A stretch of 63,969 nucleotides of DNA, counting the filler, from Octopus bimaculoides (taxonomy: Eukaryota): assembly GCF_001194135.2 (NCBI RefSeq). It is 6 parts of 6 records of this genome, joined end to end, with 100 filler letters (N's around TTAATTAATTAA, not from the genome) between each part and the next. Parts side by side here need not be neighbours in the genome. Positions count along the whole stretch, not along the records: positions 40,192 to 54,149 come from NC_069006.1; positions 54,250 to 59,727 come from NC_068997.1; positions 59,828 to 62,609 come from NC_068987.1; positions 62,710 to 63,969 come from NW_026385610.1; 2 more parts are not named here. One strand, 5' to 3'. The notes below the pieces were generated by a model, which saw only the letters and a list, made by a program, of their open reading frames with translations, was not told the origin of the DNA and did no database searches. The first letter of the stretch is position 1. Each line of letters starts with the position of its first letter. Position numbers and translations under genes: made by a program. Positions 53,165 to 63,969 of the stretch are shown piece after piece.

Positions 53165-53495
53165 CAATAACAACCTCTACAAACAATTACTAATGAACAA
53201 TGTAATCAAAAACTATAGAAAGATTAATGCACATACATACAATAGCATAAATAACGACGTAAAGACAATCATAGATGAACTAAAAGCAGACACCAAACCA
53301 GAGACACAAGATAAATGTGAAGCATTTATCACACTCAAGGACCAAAAAAGAACAGTTCATTTCTAATCGCAGTTGTAGAATTATTAACCCTGCTAAATCT
53401 GAGATAGAGTTTAATCAGTGAGAAAATAATTGCTAAAAATCAAATATAATATAAGAACAACTGACCTCCAGTAATGGAGAAATAGCCATACAATT
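53165..53495 (+). pseudogene. Penelope-like element ORF remnant (region upstream of the RT core)
   Basis: Translates with frameshifts to LYKQLLMNNVIKNYRK...EAFITLKD...CRIINPAKSEI...WRNS. This matches the AFITLKDHK / CRLINPAKSEIG / QWRN motifs I recognise from PLE ORFs. Confidence 0.8.
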
Positions 53496-54275
53496 TATCC
53501 AATTGTACTCTTTTACTCTTTTACTTGATTAAAAGAGAGAGTATGGCAGAATTCACTGTATTCTGTCCATGACCAATATACTTTACTGTTAATGATCCAT
53601 TCTACCCAGCTGTAAGTCTTAAAGTGTGATATACTTCATTGTAAAGTACTATATCCTTGACCCAGACGCTTAACTGTCAACAGTTCAGACCCCCAAGCTA
53701 GCATGTAGGCACCACACCATGGCAGATTTCACTGCTGTTATCAACAGTAATGTTCTAGTATAGACAAGTGATTTACTGCCTGGCAATGTTTAACTTCTTC
53801 AGTTGTAAATTTCTCCTTGATTTCCATTTGCTTACATCCCATTTGCATTTAATCCATGTCATGATCTAACTCTCATCCTATCTAGACAATGCTGTAATAA
53901 TCAATATTACATATATTGAATCCAAACACTTGTCCATGACACTATGGAAGTGCATAACATTATATGTATATATATATATACACACACACATATGCATGCA
54001 TGTACATATACATACATATATGCATCAGCCATATCTATCTTTATCTATATACTCTACTGCTCTATAACTTACAGTGTGCTTCTTTTTCAGATTTATGATT
54101 TATTATCTATATCTATATCTATAAATATATATATATATATATATATATANNNNNNNNNNNNNNNNNNNNNNNNNNNNNNNNNNNNNNNNNNNNTTAATTA
54201 ATTAANNNNNNNNNNNNNNNNNNNNNNNNNNNNNNNNNNNNNNNNNNNNTCATCATCATTCATCGTCGTCGTCAC

Positions 54276-54312
<37 letters not shown>

Positions 54313-54816
54313 GTCGTCGTCGTCATCATCATCATCATCATCATCATCATTGTCGTCGTCATCGTTATTACATCCTCGTTACCATCATCGTAACGACGAC
54401 GATGACGATGATGATGCTCATCAGCATCATCGTCATCATTCTTATCACCAAAGAACAGCAGCTGCGTTACATTCTTCATCAATTTCATCAGCGACAACAT
54501 CATTGATTTTTATCATCAGCTTTATATGATCTTCACCATAAAAATGATAACAGAAACATCATCATCATCATCACAATCATCATCATCATCATCATCATCA
54601 TCGTCATCATCAACTTCATCATCATCACAACGACTCTCAGGTCAACCATAATGATCGTCTGCTCCCTAATAGTTGCGTGACAATGTTTCTAATAATGGAT
54701 GGCAAAAAAAAAAATGAAGAAAAATTAGTGTCATAAGGCATTTTCAAACAGACTCTAAAAATACACAACAATCCACTACAAGGCTACTGCTACTACTCCT
54801 ACTACTACTACTACTC

Positions 54817-54855
<39 letters not shown>

Positions 54856-56063
54856 AAACAACAACAGCAACAAATCCACGTTGTGGATAGTGACTAACTC
54901 ACCTGAAAATCGGACCGAGCTTCTCTCAAATGTTGTTTTGAGAGCTGTAGAAAAGTTTCTGCATTTCGGTATACATAGATGCTTAACACATTTTCTCCTT
55001 GCATTTTGTAAATGCTCTTCAAGCAAGAGAACTATTATCGCTTCACAGATTACTGCCTCACTATTTTCTTTAACGTAAGTCTAGACGTGTCCAGCTTTCT
55101 GTTACTCTGGCAACATAAGCACAACTGCCATTGTCAAAAGTAGTTTTCTGTATCATTGACGTCGAGAGAATACGAAATAATTCTTTTTTTAGAACGATGG
55201 AACTCGAAGAACATAAAGCTATCAATAACGGCACACAAATATTGGTTTAAAAAGAAACCCTCTCACAGTAAACATTGAAGGTTGCTTGTCGGAATCGAAC
55301 ACATATCTCCTATGAACACGACGTGCTCAAGTTCCACTTTTTCTATTCAATAGTTTTTTTGTAACCCTATATCTATGTGCTGATGAAACTTTATGTGTTG
55401 ATGAAGCTTTATGTGCTTCGAGATACAGCATTCCAAAAAATAATTATTCTTGACTATATTTTTCCTTGTTACGTGCATGAAAATTTGTTGTTATTATTGA
55501 TATTATAATAATGCCCATCGAATAAACATTTTTTATTGGCTGACGCATGTTTACGCATTCATTCATTGTTTCGTTTGTAAAACATTCCTTGTTCATTTTT
55601 ATTTATGACTACGTCTTTGCTGTAAATGTCATTTTTGCTACACTTACGTCTGAGTAGTGTCCCCTTGTAAAATAATATTAAAAGGAGCAACTCCGATTTA
55701 GGAAGATCATAAAAATACGACCTGAGTCTTCAGTGCTCATAAAAAGATGCCATGCCATAAAAAAACAACAGCTATAGAAACTGCAACGACTAAAACAACA
55801 GCAACATTAATATAAACAATAACACAAGTAAAGAGTATTGGCATTTCTGTATACTGAATATTAAGTAGCATTAAGATTCTCTGCAAGCGGCGAAAAAGCG
55901 AAAGAGATTCGCTACTTATGTATGTATGTATGTATGTATGTATGTATGTATGTATGTATGTATGTATGTATGTACTTGAAATTTATAGGAAAACAAAAGA
56001 CAAAGACAGGTGTATGAACAACAAGTAAGTGTATTAGTTTGACGCTCGGGAAAATGGAAAAGT

Positions 56064-56099
56064 CTTTTACGCTTCGAGACTACGTTCTTCAACAGAAAG
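56064..56099 (-). ncRNA. Degenerate copy of the CUGUUGA minimal hammerhead family
   Basis: CTTT-CTGTTGA-A-GAAC/gta/GTCTC-GAAGC-GTA-AAAG. Flank (GAGCGTCAAACTAATACAC) is homologous to the 34.7 kb copy. Confidence 0.55.
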
Positions 56100-56679
56100 G
56101 AATAAAACAAAATAAAAAAGGCAGAAAATGAAAAAAAAAAAAAACTTGTAGATTTTAGCTGTCCAACATCGCGTATGATTCGAAAAAAAAAAGAGGTTCA
56201 AAGAAAGGGAGATAATAATAAAAAAAAAAGATGTTGGTTGAAAGGGAGATAATAAACTGTTAATGACCCCAACAGAAGGTGCCCGTGCTTTGTGTGTGTA
56301 TGCAAGAATGGTGTGTGTGAGTGTGTAAGTGTGTGTGTGAACAGGGGTGTGTGACTCTGAAGTGTATGTGTGTGTGCGTCTGTAACGTTGGTATGTGTGT
56401 GTTACCCCAGTTTGATCCTGCCTCAACTTTCTATACTTTTGACTTGCATTTCTGAACTACTTCCTGAACTTTCTGCACCTCCCCTCATCCACATACCAGC
56501 ACTCCACCCGGATTACCACTGGATCTACTGACTCTACTTCACAGATATCACTGGATTTTTTCGATCATATATATATATATATATACATATACTTTTATTC
56601 TTTTACTTGTTTCAATCATTTGATTGCGGCCATGCTGGAACACCATCTTTAGTCGAGCAAATCGACCTCAGGACTCATG

Positions 56680-56900
56680 CTTCCCCTCTCCACGCCACCG
56701 ATGTCATCCAAGGGAAAAGCAAAGACCGATACAGCTTGGCACCAGTGACGTCGGAACTCATTTGTACAGCTGAGTGAACTGGAGCAACGTGAAATAAAGT
56801 GTCTTGGTCAAGAACACAACACACAGCCCGATCCGGGATTCGAACTCACAACCACACGGTTGTAAGATCGACGCTCTAACCACTGAACCATGCGCCTTCA
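56680..56900 (-). mobile_element. SINE family B
   Basis: Homologous to the 63150 copy. Other copies at 3810-3962, 6189-6285, 9335-9560 (-) and 52385-52620. Confidence 0.85.
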
Positions 56901-57228
56901 AACACACACATATATATATATGTGCGAGGATGTAGGGTAAACAAACCTTATGTGAATGTTGTGGTTTAAGTTCCTCAACTGGCGTCCATTATTTTCGATA
57001 TTGTACTGCTTAGCTGTACTAATATATTCTAGTTCGAAATATGAAGGTGAAGAGAGAAAATTTAGCATTCATTATAGAATCAGCAATAACAACAGCAACA
57101 ACAACAACAACAACAACAACAGTATTATAGAAACAACAATAACAGTTTTATAGTTAGTAATAATGATGATGTTAATGAAAATGATGATGACGGCGACGAC
57201 GTGGTAATGTTGATAGTGATGAAAAGCT

Positions 57229-57284
<56 letters not shown>

Positions 57285-57426
57285 NNNNNNNNNNNNNNNN
57301 NNNNNNNNNNNNNNNNNNNNNNNNNNNNNNNNNNNNNNNNNNNNNNNNNNNNNNNNNNNNNNNNNNNNNNNNNNNNNNNNNNNNNNNNNNNNNNNNNNNN
57401 NNNNNNNNNNNNNNNNNNNNNNNNNN

Positions 57427-57458
<32 letters not shown>

Positions 57459-57677
57459 TAAAATCAAAATGAAATGCTTACGCTTTTCTACAGTATTACA
57501 TAAACACACACACACCCAAACGCACACACACACAAATACACACACATACATACATGCATACACATATTCACAAACTTAGACACCTAAACGGATACGCTTA
57601 AAAGCATGCACAGTCACACATACATACGTACAAAAATACACAAGCACAGAAACACACACACGCACACACACATAAAG

Positions 57678-57708
<31 letters not shown>

Positions 57709-58057
57709 TGCATAAAAGACTTTTGCTCCAATTGAAAGAAAAGGCAAACCATATTATTGTGCCACCATTTACAAACAGGCGTTTTACAAAAAACGATTCA
57801 AAATCTCAAAGTAGTCAGCAAGCTGATTACGTCATATTTCAATGAAAGAACCCATATCTAAGATGGCGGCATAGCGTAGAGTCAATGGAAATGGAATTGG
57901 GAAGAATATGGGTCTTTTCACGTATCCCTAAGCTATCAGCGTGTGGTGCAGGTTACACAGCACACGCAGGGCTCTAGTTTTATGCTGCTAATCCGTTTTA
58001 AACACGATATTTCCTGAATTAAAAAAATTATACGTATATACATCCATCCGTCAATAT

Positions 58058-58106
<49 letters not shown>

Positions 58107-58784
58107 NNNNNNNNNNNNNNNNNNNNNNNNNNNNNNNNNNNNNNNNNNNNNNNNNNNNNNNNNNNNNNNNNNNNNNNNNNNNNNNNNNNNNNNNNNNNNN
58201 NNNNNNNNNNNNNNNNNNNNNNNNNNNNNNNNNNNNNNNNNNNNNNNNNNNNNNNNNNNNNNNNNNNNNNNNNNNNNNNNNNNNNNNNNNNNNNNNNNNN
58301 NNNNNNNNNNNNNNNNNNNNNNNNNNNNNNNNNNNNNNNNNNNNNNNNNNNNNNNNNNNNNNNNNNNNNNNNNNNNNNNNNNTATATATAATGCATTTTT
58401 ATAAAAATATATATACACATATATAGACTTGTACGTTTACTATATCTGTGTTATATGGATGTGCATATTTGTATGTATATATATGTGAGAGCTTGCACAT
58501 ATACGAACAGATACAAAACACCGCACGCACACACACACACAAACACACACACACACACATACACACGCACACACACACTCACACATATATACGCACTATG
58601 CTCACGTGGGTGCTGTGATTTCAATCTAGAAATATCTTTATCGAACATCCTTATTGCCATTGTTGTTGTTGTTGTTGTTGTCGTTGATGTCATTCATTAC
58701 GAATGCACTTGTGGTGGTTTGAGCTGCTGTTGGCTTTCTGCTATTTCTGGTGTCTTGAACCCATGTGGTCAATAAACAAAAGCT

Positions 58785-58802
58785 TAATAGTAGTAGTAAT
58801 GG

Positions 58803-58833
<31 letters not shown>

Positions 58834-58919
58834 ATATAATAATGATATATAACAATAATATATAATAAATAATAATGATAATAATAATAATAATAATGAT
58901 AATAATGATAATAATAATG

Positions 58920-58984
<65 letters not shown>

Positions 58985-59093
58985 ATTACTACTTCTAATA
59001 CTAATTTTAATTATCATCATCGTTGTCATCATTGTCATCATCGTCGTCAACGTCGTCGTCATCGTCGTCGTCATCATCATGATCATGATCATG

Positions 59094-59137
<44 letters not shown>

Positions 59138-59457
59138 TATCATCATCACCAACACCATCGTTAATTGTTGTTCTTATTAGTATGTCTAAATATGCTTAAT
59201 ATGTATGATATTCAATTTGATCGACTTCGCCAATCTGTCTTCTTTCCAAAAACGTCGTCATCGTTATGAGGAAACAATATTTTCGTAACTTTTATCATCA
59301 TCATCGTCATCATCATCATCATCATCGTCGCGATCTACCAACAATCGCAAATGTTATCGCGTCCTCAAATGTCCCTTTTTACCCCCGCGATGCATTCCAT
59401 ATACCTAGCTGCACTTTGTCGTACGTGTTACGTTGTTGTTGTTGTTGTTGTTGTTGG

Positions 59458-59503
<46 letters not shown>

Positions 59504-59572
59504 CTTCTTCTTCTTCTTCTTCTTCTTCTTCTTCTTCTTCTTCTTCTTCTCCTCCTCCTTCTTCTTCTTCTT
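58785..59572. repeat. Compound trinucleotide arrays (GAT, AAT, CAT, GTT, CTT)
   Basis: Direct reading. Confidence 0.95.
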
Positions 59573-59676
59573 ACACTTCATTACAATTGTAATTATGACT
59601 GTTGGTTCTATACTATACTTTTTCTTTTGTATACATTAATGTGTATATATATATATATATGCATAAATGTATACAT

Positions 59677-59727
<51 letters not shown>

Positions 59728-59827
59728 NNNNNNNNNNNNNNNNNNNNNNNNNNNNNNNNNNNNNNNNNNNNTTAATTAATTAANNNNNNNNNNNNNNNNN
59801 NNNNNNNNNNNNNNNNNNNNNNNNNNN

Positions 59828-59874
<47 letters not shown>

Positions 59875-59875
<1 letters not shown>

Positions 59876-60205
59876 TGATGAAAAGTCACAGCTTATTTAC
59901 TGAGAATGATGGGAAGTTTTAGCTATCCACAGCCAGCAGACTAAGGTGACACTTGTTTACTGGTTATGCTTCAAGAACCCTGTGAAGAATTCTTGCAGTT
60001 CCAAGCAATGCTGATTTTTGTAGGTGTTCTACCTTTACACTTGCACTAATCTTTTTCAGCCATGCTGGTAGTTGAGTGCTGATACTCCAAGTGCACCAAT
60101 TACTATTGGTATCACCTCTACTCTCCTCATTGACCACAACTTTCGTATTTCCCACTTCAAATCCTCATAGTTGCTTACTTTTTCTTCTTCTTCTTTCGCA
60201 TTGAT
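59875..60205 (-). pseudogene. R4/Dong-type non-LTR retrotransposon 3' end (restriction-like endonuclease C-terminus)
   Basis: KEEEEKVSNYEDLKWEIRKLWSMRRVEVIPIVIGALG/...LQKSALLGTARILHRVLEA* with one frameshift. The 3' UTR runs directly into (TAA)n. Confidence 0.85.
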
Positions 60206-60269
60206 GCTTTATCGTTTATCATACATGTTCTTTCTTTTTTATTCACCTATTTCCCATTATCAGCTTGGT

Positions 60270-60570
60270 TCTTCTGCCACATCAACTCCAAACTGTGTGC
60301 TTATTGCCTTTATAGACAGACAATAGTCTTCCTCCAGACAATTGCGTATTTTCTCAACGAGCTTTGATGTTGTGACGTCCTCCTCCTTCCTACACCTCTC
60401 ATCATCTCTCATCTTATCTCTGCCGTCCTTGAATCTCTTGTGCCTGTTTAAAACAGATGCTCGGCAAGTTACTCCTTAAGCAGTCTGGAGCGTCTAATAA
60501 ATTTCTGCCCAGTTTAATATAAAACTTCATTTCTTAGCGAACTTCCAAATTGGTTTCACATCTCGACTGC
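60270..60570 (-). pseudogene. Mariner transposase N-terminal (HTH) remnant
   Basis: MKFYIKLGR...RASVLNRHKRFKDGRDKMRDDER...LVEKIRNCLEEDYCLSIKAISTQFGV. Confidence 0.7.
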
Positions 60571-60920
60571 ATTCTGCAAACTAGTAGCCGTGACAAGCAG
60601 TATTTAAGTCGGGTGTGTTCAAAGTTCTATTACATCTGTCTCCTTCAATCTGGAATAAAAAACAAGTTGACAAGTCAGCGTATTAGATGTTATAGCATAC
60701 TAAAGTTACAATAATCTAGGACAGTTATAACTGCCTCTCCTAAAAATGTATCGCTAAACTCATATTATTTACCATATTTCTGTGTGTAACAAAATTATGA
60801 ATTTTTTAAACATGGCTACTGGCGTTCTGTCTCGACCATACATCTACAAATCTATTCTTTTTTTTTTTATAAGTATGACTAATTGTCACCCATGCAAGCG
60901 AGTCTCCATTTCTCCGCTAC

Positions 60921-61070
60921 CGATGTTCATTAAAGTGAAAGATCGCCAGCTTGGGCCAATACAGCTTGGCCCCTGTGTCATTGAAGCCGCTAATGTTATA
61001 ATGCAAAGAGGCGGAGGAGAAACTGTAAAGTACTTTTCCCACCCTATAATAGTTCTGCCAATCCACCACT
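60921..61070 (-). CDS. Candidate coding exon (150 nt, phase 2/2), unidentified
   Basis: TACTAATTCAG acceptor; VVDWQNYYRVGKVLYSFSSASLHYNISGFNDTGAKLYWPKLAIFHFNEH; weak donor GTAGCG (or stop one codon later). Confidence 0.4.
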
Positions 61071-61348
61071 CTGAATTAGTATTTTTTTATCGACTCCGAA
61101 AACATAAAAGACAAAGTTGACCGTAGCTGGATTTGAACTTAATGTGCAGATAGTCATAACAAATACCACAAAGCATTTTATCCAATGCAACTTGGCCAAT
61201 TCGTTGCCCACTCTACTCAAAAAAAGAAAAACTCGAGCATTAGTATGGGAATTTTTAAGGCCTTAAATTATATTCTTAAAGTCTGTGACATGCTGTTTTA
61301 GAACCGCAGCTCTAGAAGATGGAGACTGGGAAACTTCATAACATTTCT

Positions 61349-61717
61349 GTTGTTGTTGTTGTTGGCACTCCGTCGCTTACGACATCGAGGGTTCCAGTTG
61401 ATCCGATCAACGGATCAGCCTGCTCGTGAAATTAACGTGCAAGTGGCTGAGCACTCCACAGACACGTGTACCATTAACGTAGTTCTCGGGGATATTCAGC
61501 GTGACACAATGTAACAAGGCTGACCCTTTGAAATACAGGTACAACAGAAACAGGAAGTAAGAGTGAGAGAAAGTTGTGGTGAAAGAGTACAGCAGGAGCC
61601 TCGTGGAGCTTTAGGTATTTTCGCTCAATAAACACTCACAATGCCCGGTCTGGGAATCGAAACCGCGATCCTATGACCGCGAGTCCGCTGCCCTAACCAC
61701 TGGGCCGTTGCGCCTAC
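61349..61717 (-). mobile_element. Full-length tRNA-derived SINE with (CAA)n tail and 11-bp TSD
   Basis: Head GTAGGCGCAACGGCCCAGTGGTTAG...GGTTTCGATTCC (A and B boxes). TSD ATAACATTTCT 61338-48 / ACAACATTTCT 61718-28. Confidence 0.9.
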
Positions 61718-62964
61718 ACAACATTTCTAAAGCCTGACAAAAGTACATGCGAAACAGAATCACACACACACACTAAAAAAAAAAAGAAAATACAAATTTA
61801 AAAAAACCCCATCAAATGCATCATTTTAACACTTGACATCAGCAAAACTTTGGACACCATTCTCTACTTCTTATTCTCTCGTTAACAAAATACTCATTGC
61901 TTCAATCAGGAACAATGCATAATGATGGCTAGAAAATTACCTGTCTGCTGTAATAAAGAAACAACAATTACAACAACAACGACAATGACGACAACAACAA
62001 CAACAACAACAGTAATGATTTCATATTTTGGCACGAGGTCAGCGGTTTTAGTGAGTAGGAGAATACGATAAAGCAACGTGTCCAATATGGCGTGCTACAG
62101 TTACTCGTTCTCTTTCTTGTCTTTTCTACCTACATATGCACGCATAAACTCTACATTCACACGCCCCCTCAGAGCATAAATCATACAGACGTACTCCTTC
62201 TATTAATGAGATGCATCTGCTCCAATCTCATATTAATCACAGAGAAACATGCCTCCCAACCGACATAAAGAAATATACGGAGTGAGTTTGCATTCACAAA
62301 GAAGAAAACTAAAACAAACAATCTAACAAACAAAAACAACTTTTAGTTTCAGTCACTCACAGATCCATCGCTTTCAACATATGGGTTCACTTGGAGGTTT
62401 AGAAAATATGACATTTACTCAACATGCGTCCCAATGGGATCGAACCCGGGGCTTCATGATTGTGAAGCAAACTTCTAAAACTATTCATATACACTGCAAC
62501 TAATTTTCAGATGGAAAATTACGGAGTGCTTCAAAGTATAACACGTGCGCAGGTATACTTAGTCAACTCATGCACACCCCATACGTACTACATTCACGTA
62601 TATATATATNNNNNNNNNNNNNNNNNNNNNNNNNNNNNNNNNNNNNNNNNNNNTTAATTAATTAANNNNNNNNNNNNNNNNNNNNNNNNNNNNNNNNNNN
62701 NNNNNNNNNTATAAATATACATATATTTATATATAAACATACCTACATATATGAGTGTAGACACACACACACACAAACGCCCATATTCTTAGTGATATTA
62801 AAAAAATTTCATTTGGGTTGTTGAACACTACTTTTCTTAGTGCAGGTAAAAAACGTTGTCTACTCTGAACTTAATTCTAATTATTAAATTTGTCTTTTAA
62901 AATGCGATGGGGAAAATCATCGCATCGGGAATATTTTTTCGTTGTAGCCAGTATTATTTTGTAC

Positions 62965-63115
62965 TCTAGGTACTAGGCCCGAAAGTTTTGGGGAGGGGGA
63001 TAGTCGATTAGATCGACACCAGTACACAACTGGTACTTTATTTATCGACTCTGAAAGGATAAAAGGCAAAGTCGACCTCAGCGGAATTTGAACTCAGAAC
63101 GTAAAGAGAGATGTA
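62965..63115 (-). mobile_element. SINE family C
   Basis: Reverse complement of the same body. Others near 765-840, 16770-16910, 25160-25350, 26950-27060 and 61085-61200. Confidence 0.8.
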
Positions 63116-63149
63116 ACGTCGTAGCCAATATTAAACTTAACTAATATTA

Positions 63150-63465
63150 GGTGAAGGTGCATGGCTCAGTGGTTAGAGTGTCAGGCTCTCAATTATGAGG
63201 TAGTGAGTTCGATTCCCTGTTTGGGCTATGTGTGGTGTTTTTGAGCAAGACACTTTATTTCACGTTGCTCCAGTTAACACAGCTGTAGAAATGACTTGTG
63301 ACATCACTGTATCGGTCCATTTGCCTTCCCCGTGGATAACACTGGTGGCGTGGAAAGGGGAGGCTGGTATGCATGGATGACTGCTGGTCTTCCATAAACA
63401 ACCTTGCCCAGACTTGTGTCTGTGAGGGTAAATTTCTAGGTGCATTCTCATGGCCATTTACACCT
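63150..63465 (+). mobile_element. tRNA-derived SINE family B
   Basis: TGGCTCAGTGG A box, GTTCGATTCC B box, then GAGCAAGACACTTTATTTCACGTTGCTCCAG. Confidence 0.85.
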
Positions 63466-63519
63466 ACTCTCGTACTCTGTGTTTATGACTGGAGCGGAAA
63501 TTTACCCTTTAACCCATGT

Positions 63520-63825
63520 ACATATATGTATGTATGCATGCATGCATGTAGGTATGTATGTATGTATGTATGTATGTACGTATGTATGTACGTATGTATG
63601 CATGCATGCACATAAGTATGTATATATGTAAGTATGTATGTATGTATGTATGCATGTATGTATGTATGTATGTATGCATGTATGTATGTATGTATGCATG
63701 CATGCATTCATGTATGTATGCATGTATGTATGTATTATGCAGGGTTATATGAATGTATACATGCATGTATGTATGTATGTAAGTATGCATTCATGTATGT
63801 ATGTATGCATGCATGTATGTATGTA
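63520..63825. repeat. (ATGT)n/(ATGC)n tetranucleotide array
   Basis: Direct reading. Confidence 0.95.
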
Positions 63826-63969
63826 GGGGTAACACGTCTCGTTGCAATTCTGAATGTCTACCGTTTCCATGAGCTTCTTATGTGTATATATGTCTTGGTC
63901 AGTGTAGAGTATGTATTCACTATTTTACTCTTACTTGTTTCAGTCATTTGACTGCGGCCATGCTGGAGC

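Noticed and set aside
61640-61717. tRNA-like sequences here and at 63150, 56820-56900 and 10928
   Set aside because: They are SINE heads: no complete acceptor stem, and each continues into a repeat body.

Overview
AT-rich, repeat-saturated, largely non-coding animal DNA from a gapped draft assembly. The SINE families and microsatellite load most resemble a coleoid cephalopod, probably Octopus (inference). No intact protein-coding gene, rRNA, true tRNA or CRISPR array can be supported; almost all long ORFs in the track are microsatellite or N-gap artefacts. Recognisable content: at least four tRNA-headed SINE families; RTE LINE 3' remnants; a C2H2 zinc-finger fragment probably from a LINE 3' end; an R4/Dong-type 3' end abutting (TAA)n; a Penelope-like RT remnant; decayed Tc1/mariner elements (DD34D, DD37D, DD41D, Tc1-like); mariner, pogo, hAT and piggyBac-type MITEs; a possible Helitron end; and a few low-confidence exon candidates. 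The most interesting signal is a set of type I hammerhead-ribozyme motifs, concentrated at 29.5-36.6 kb. One lies in a fold-back element and one family has a variant catalytic core. Several long, near-perfect inverted repeats able to form dsRNA are also present.
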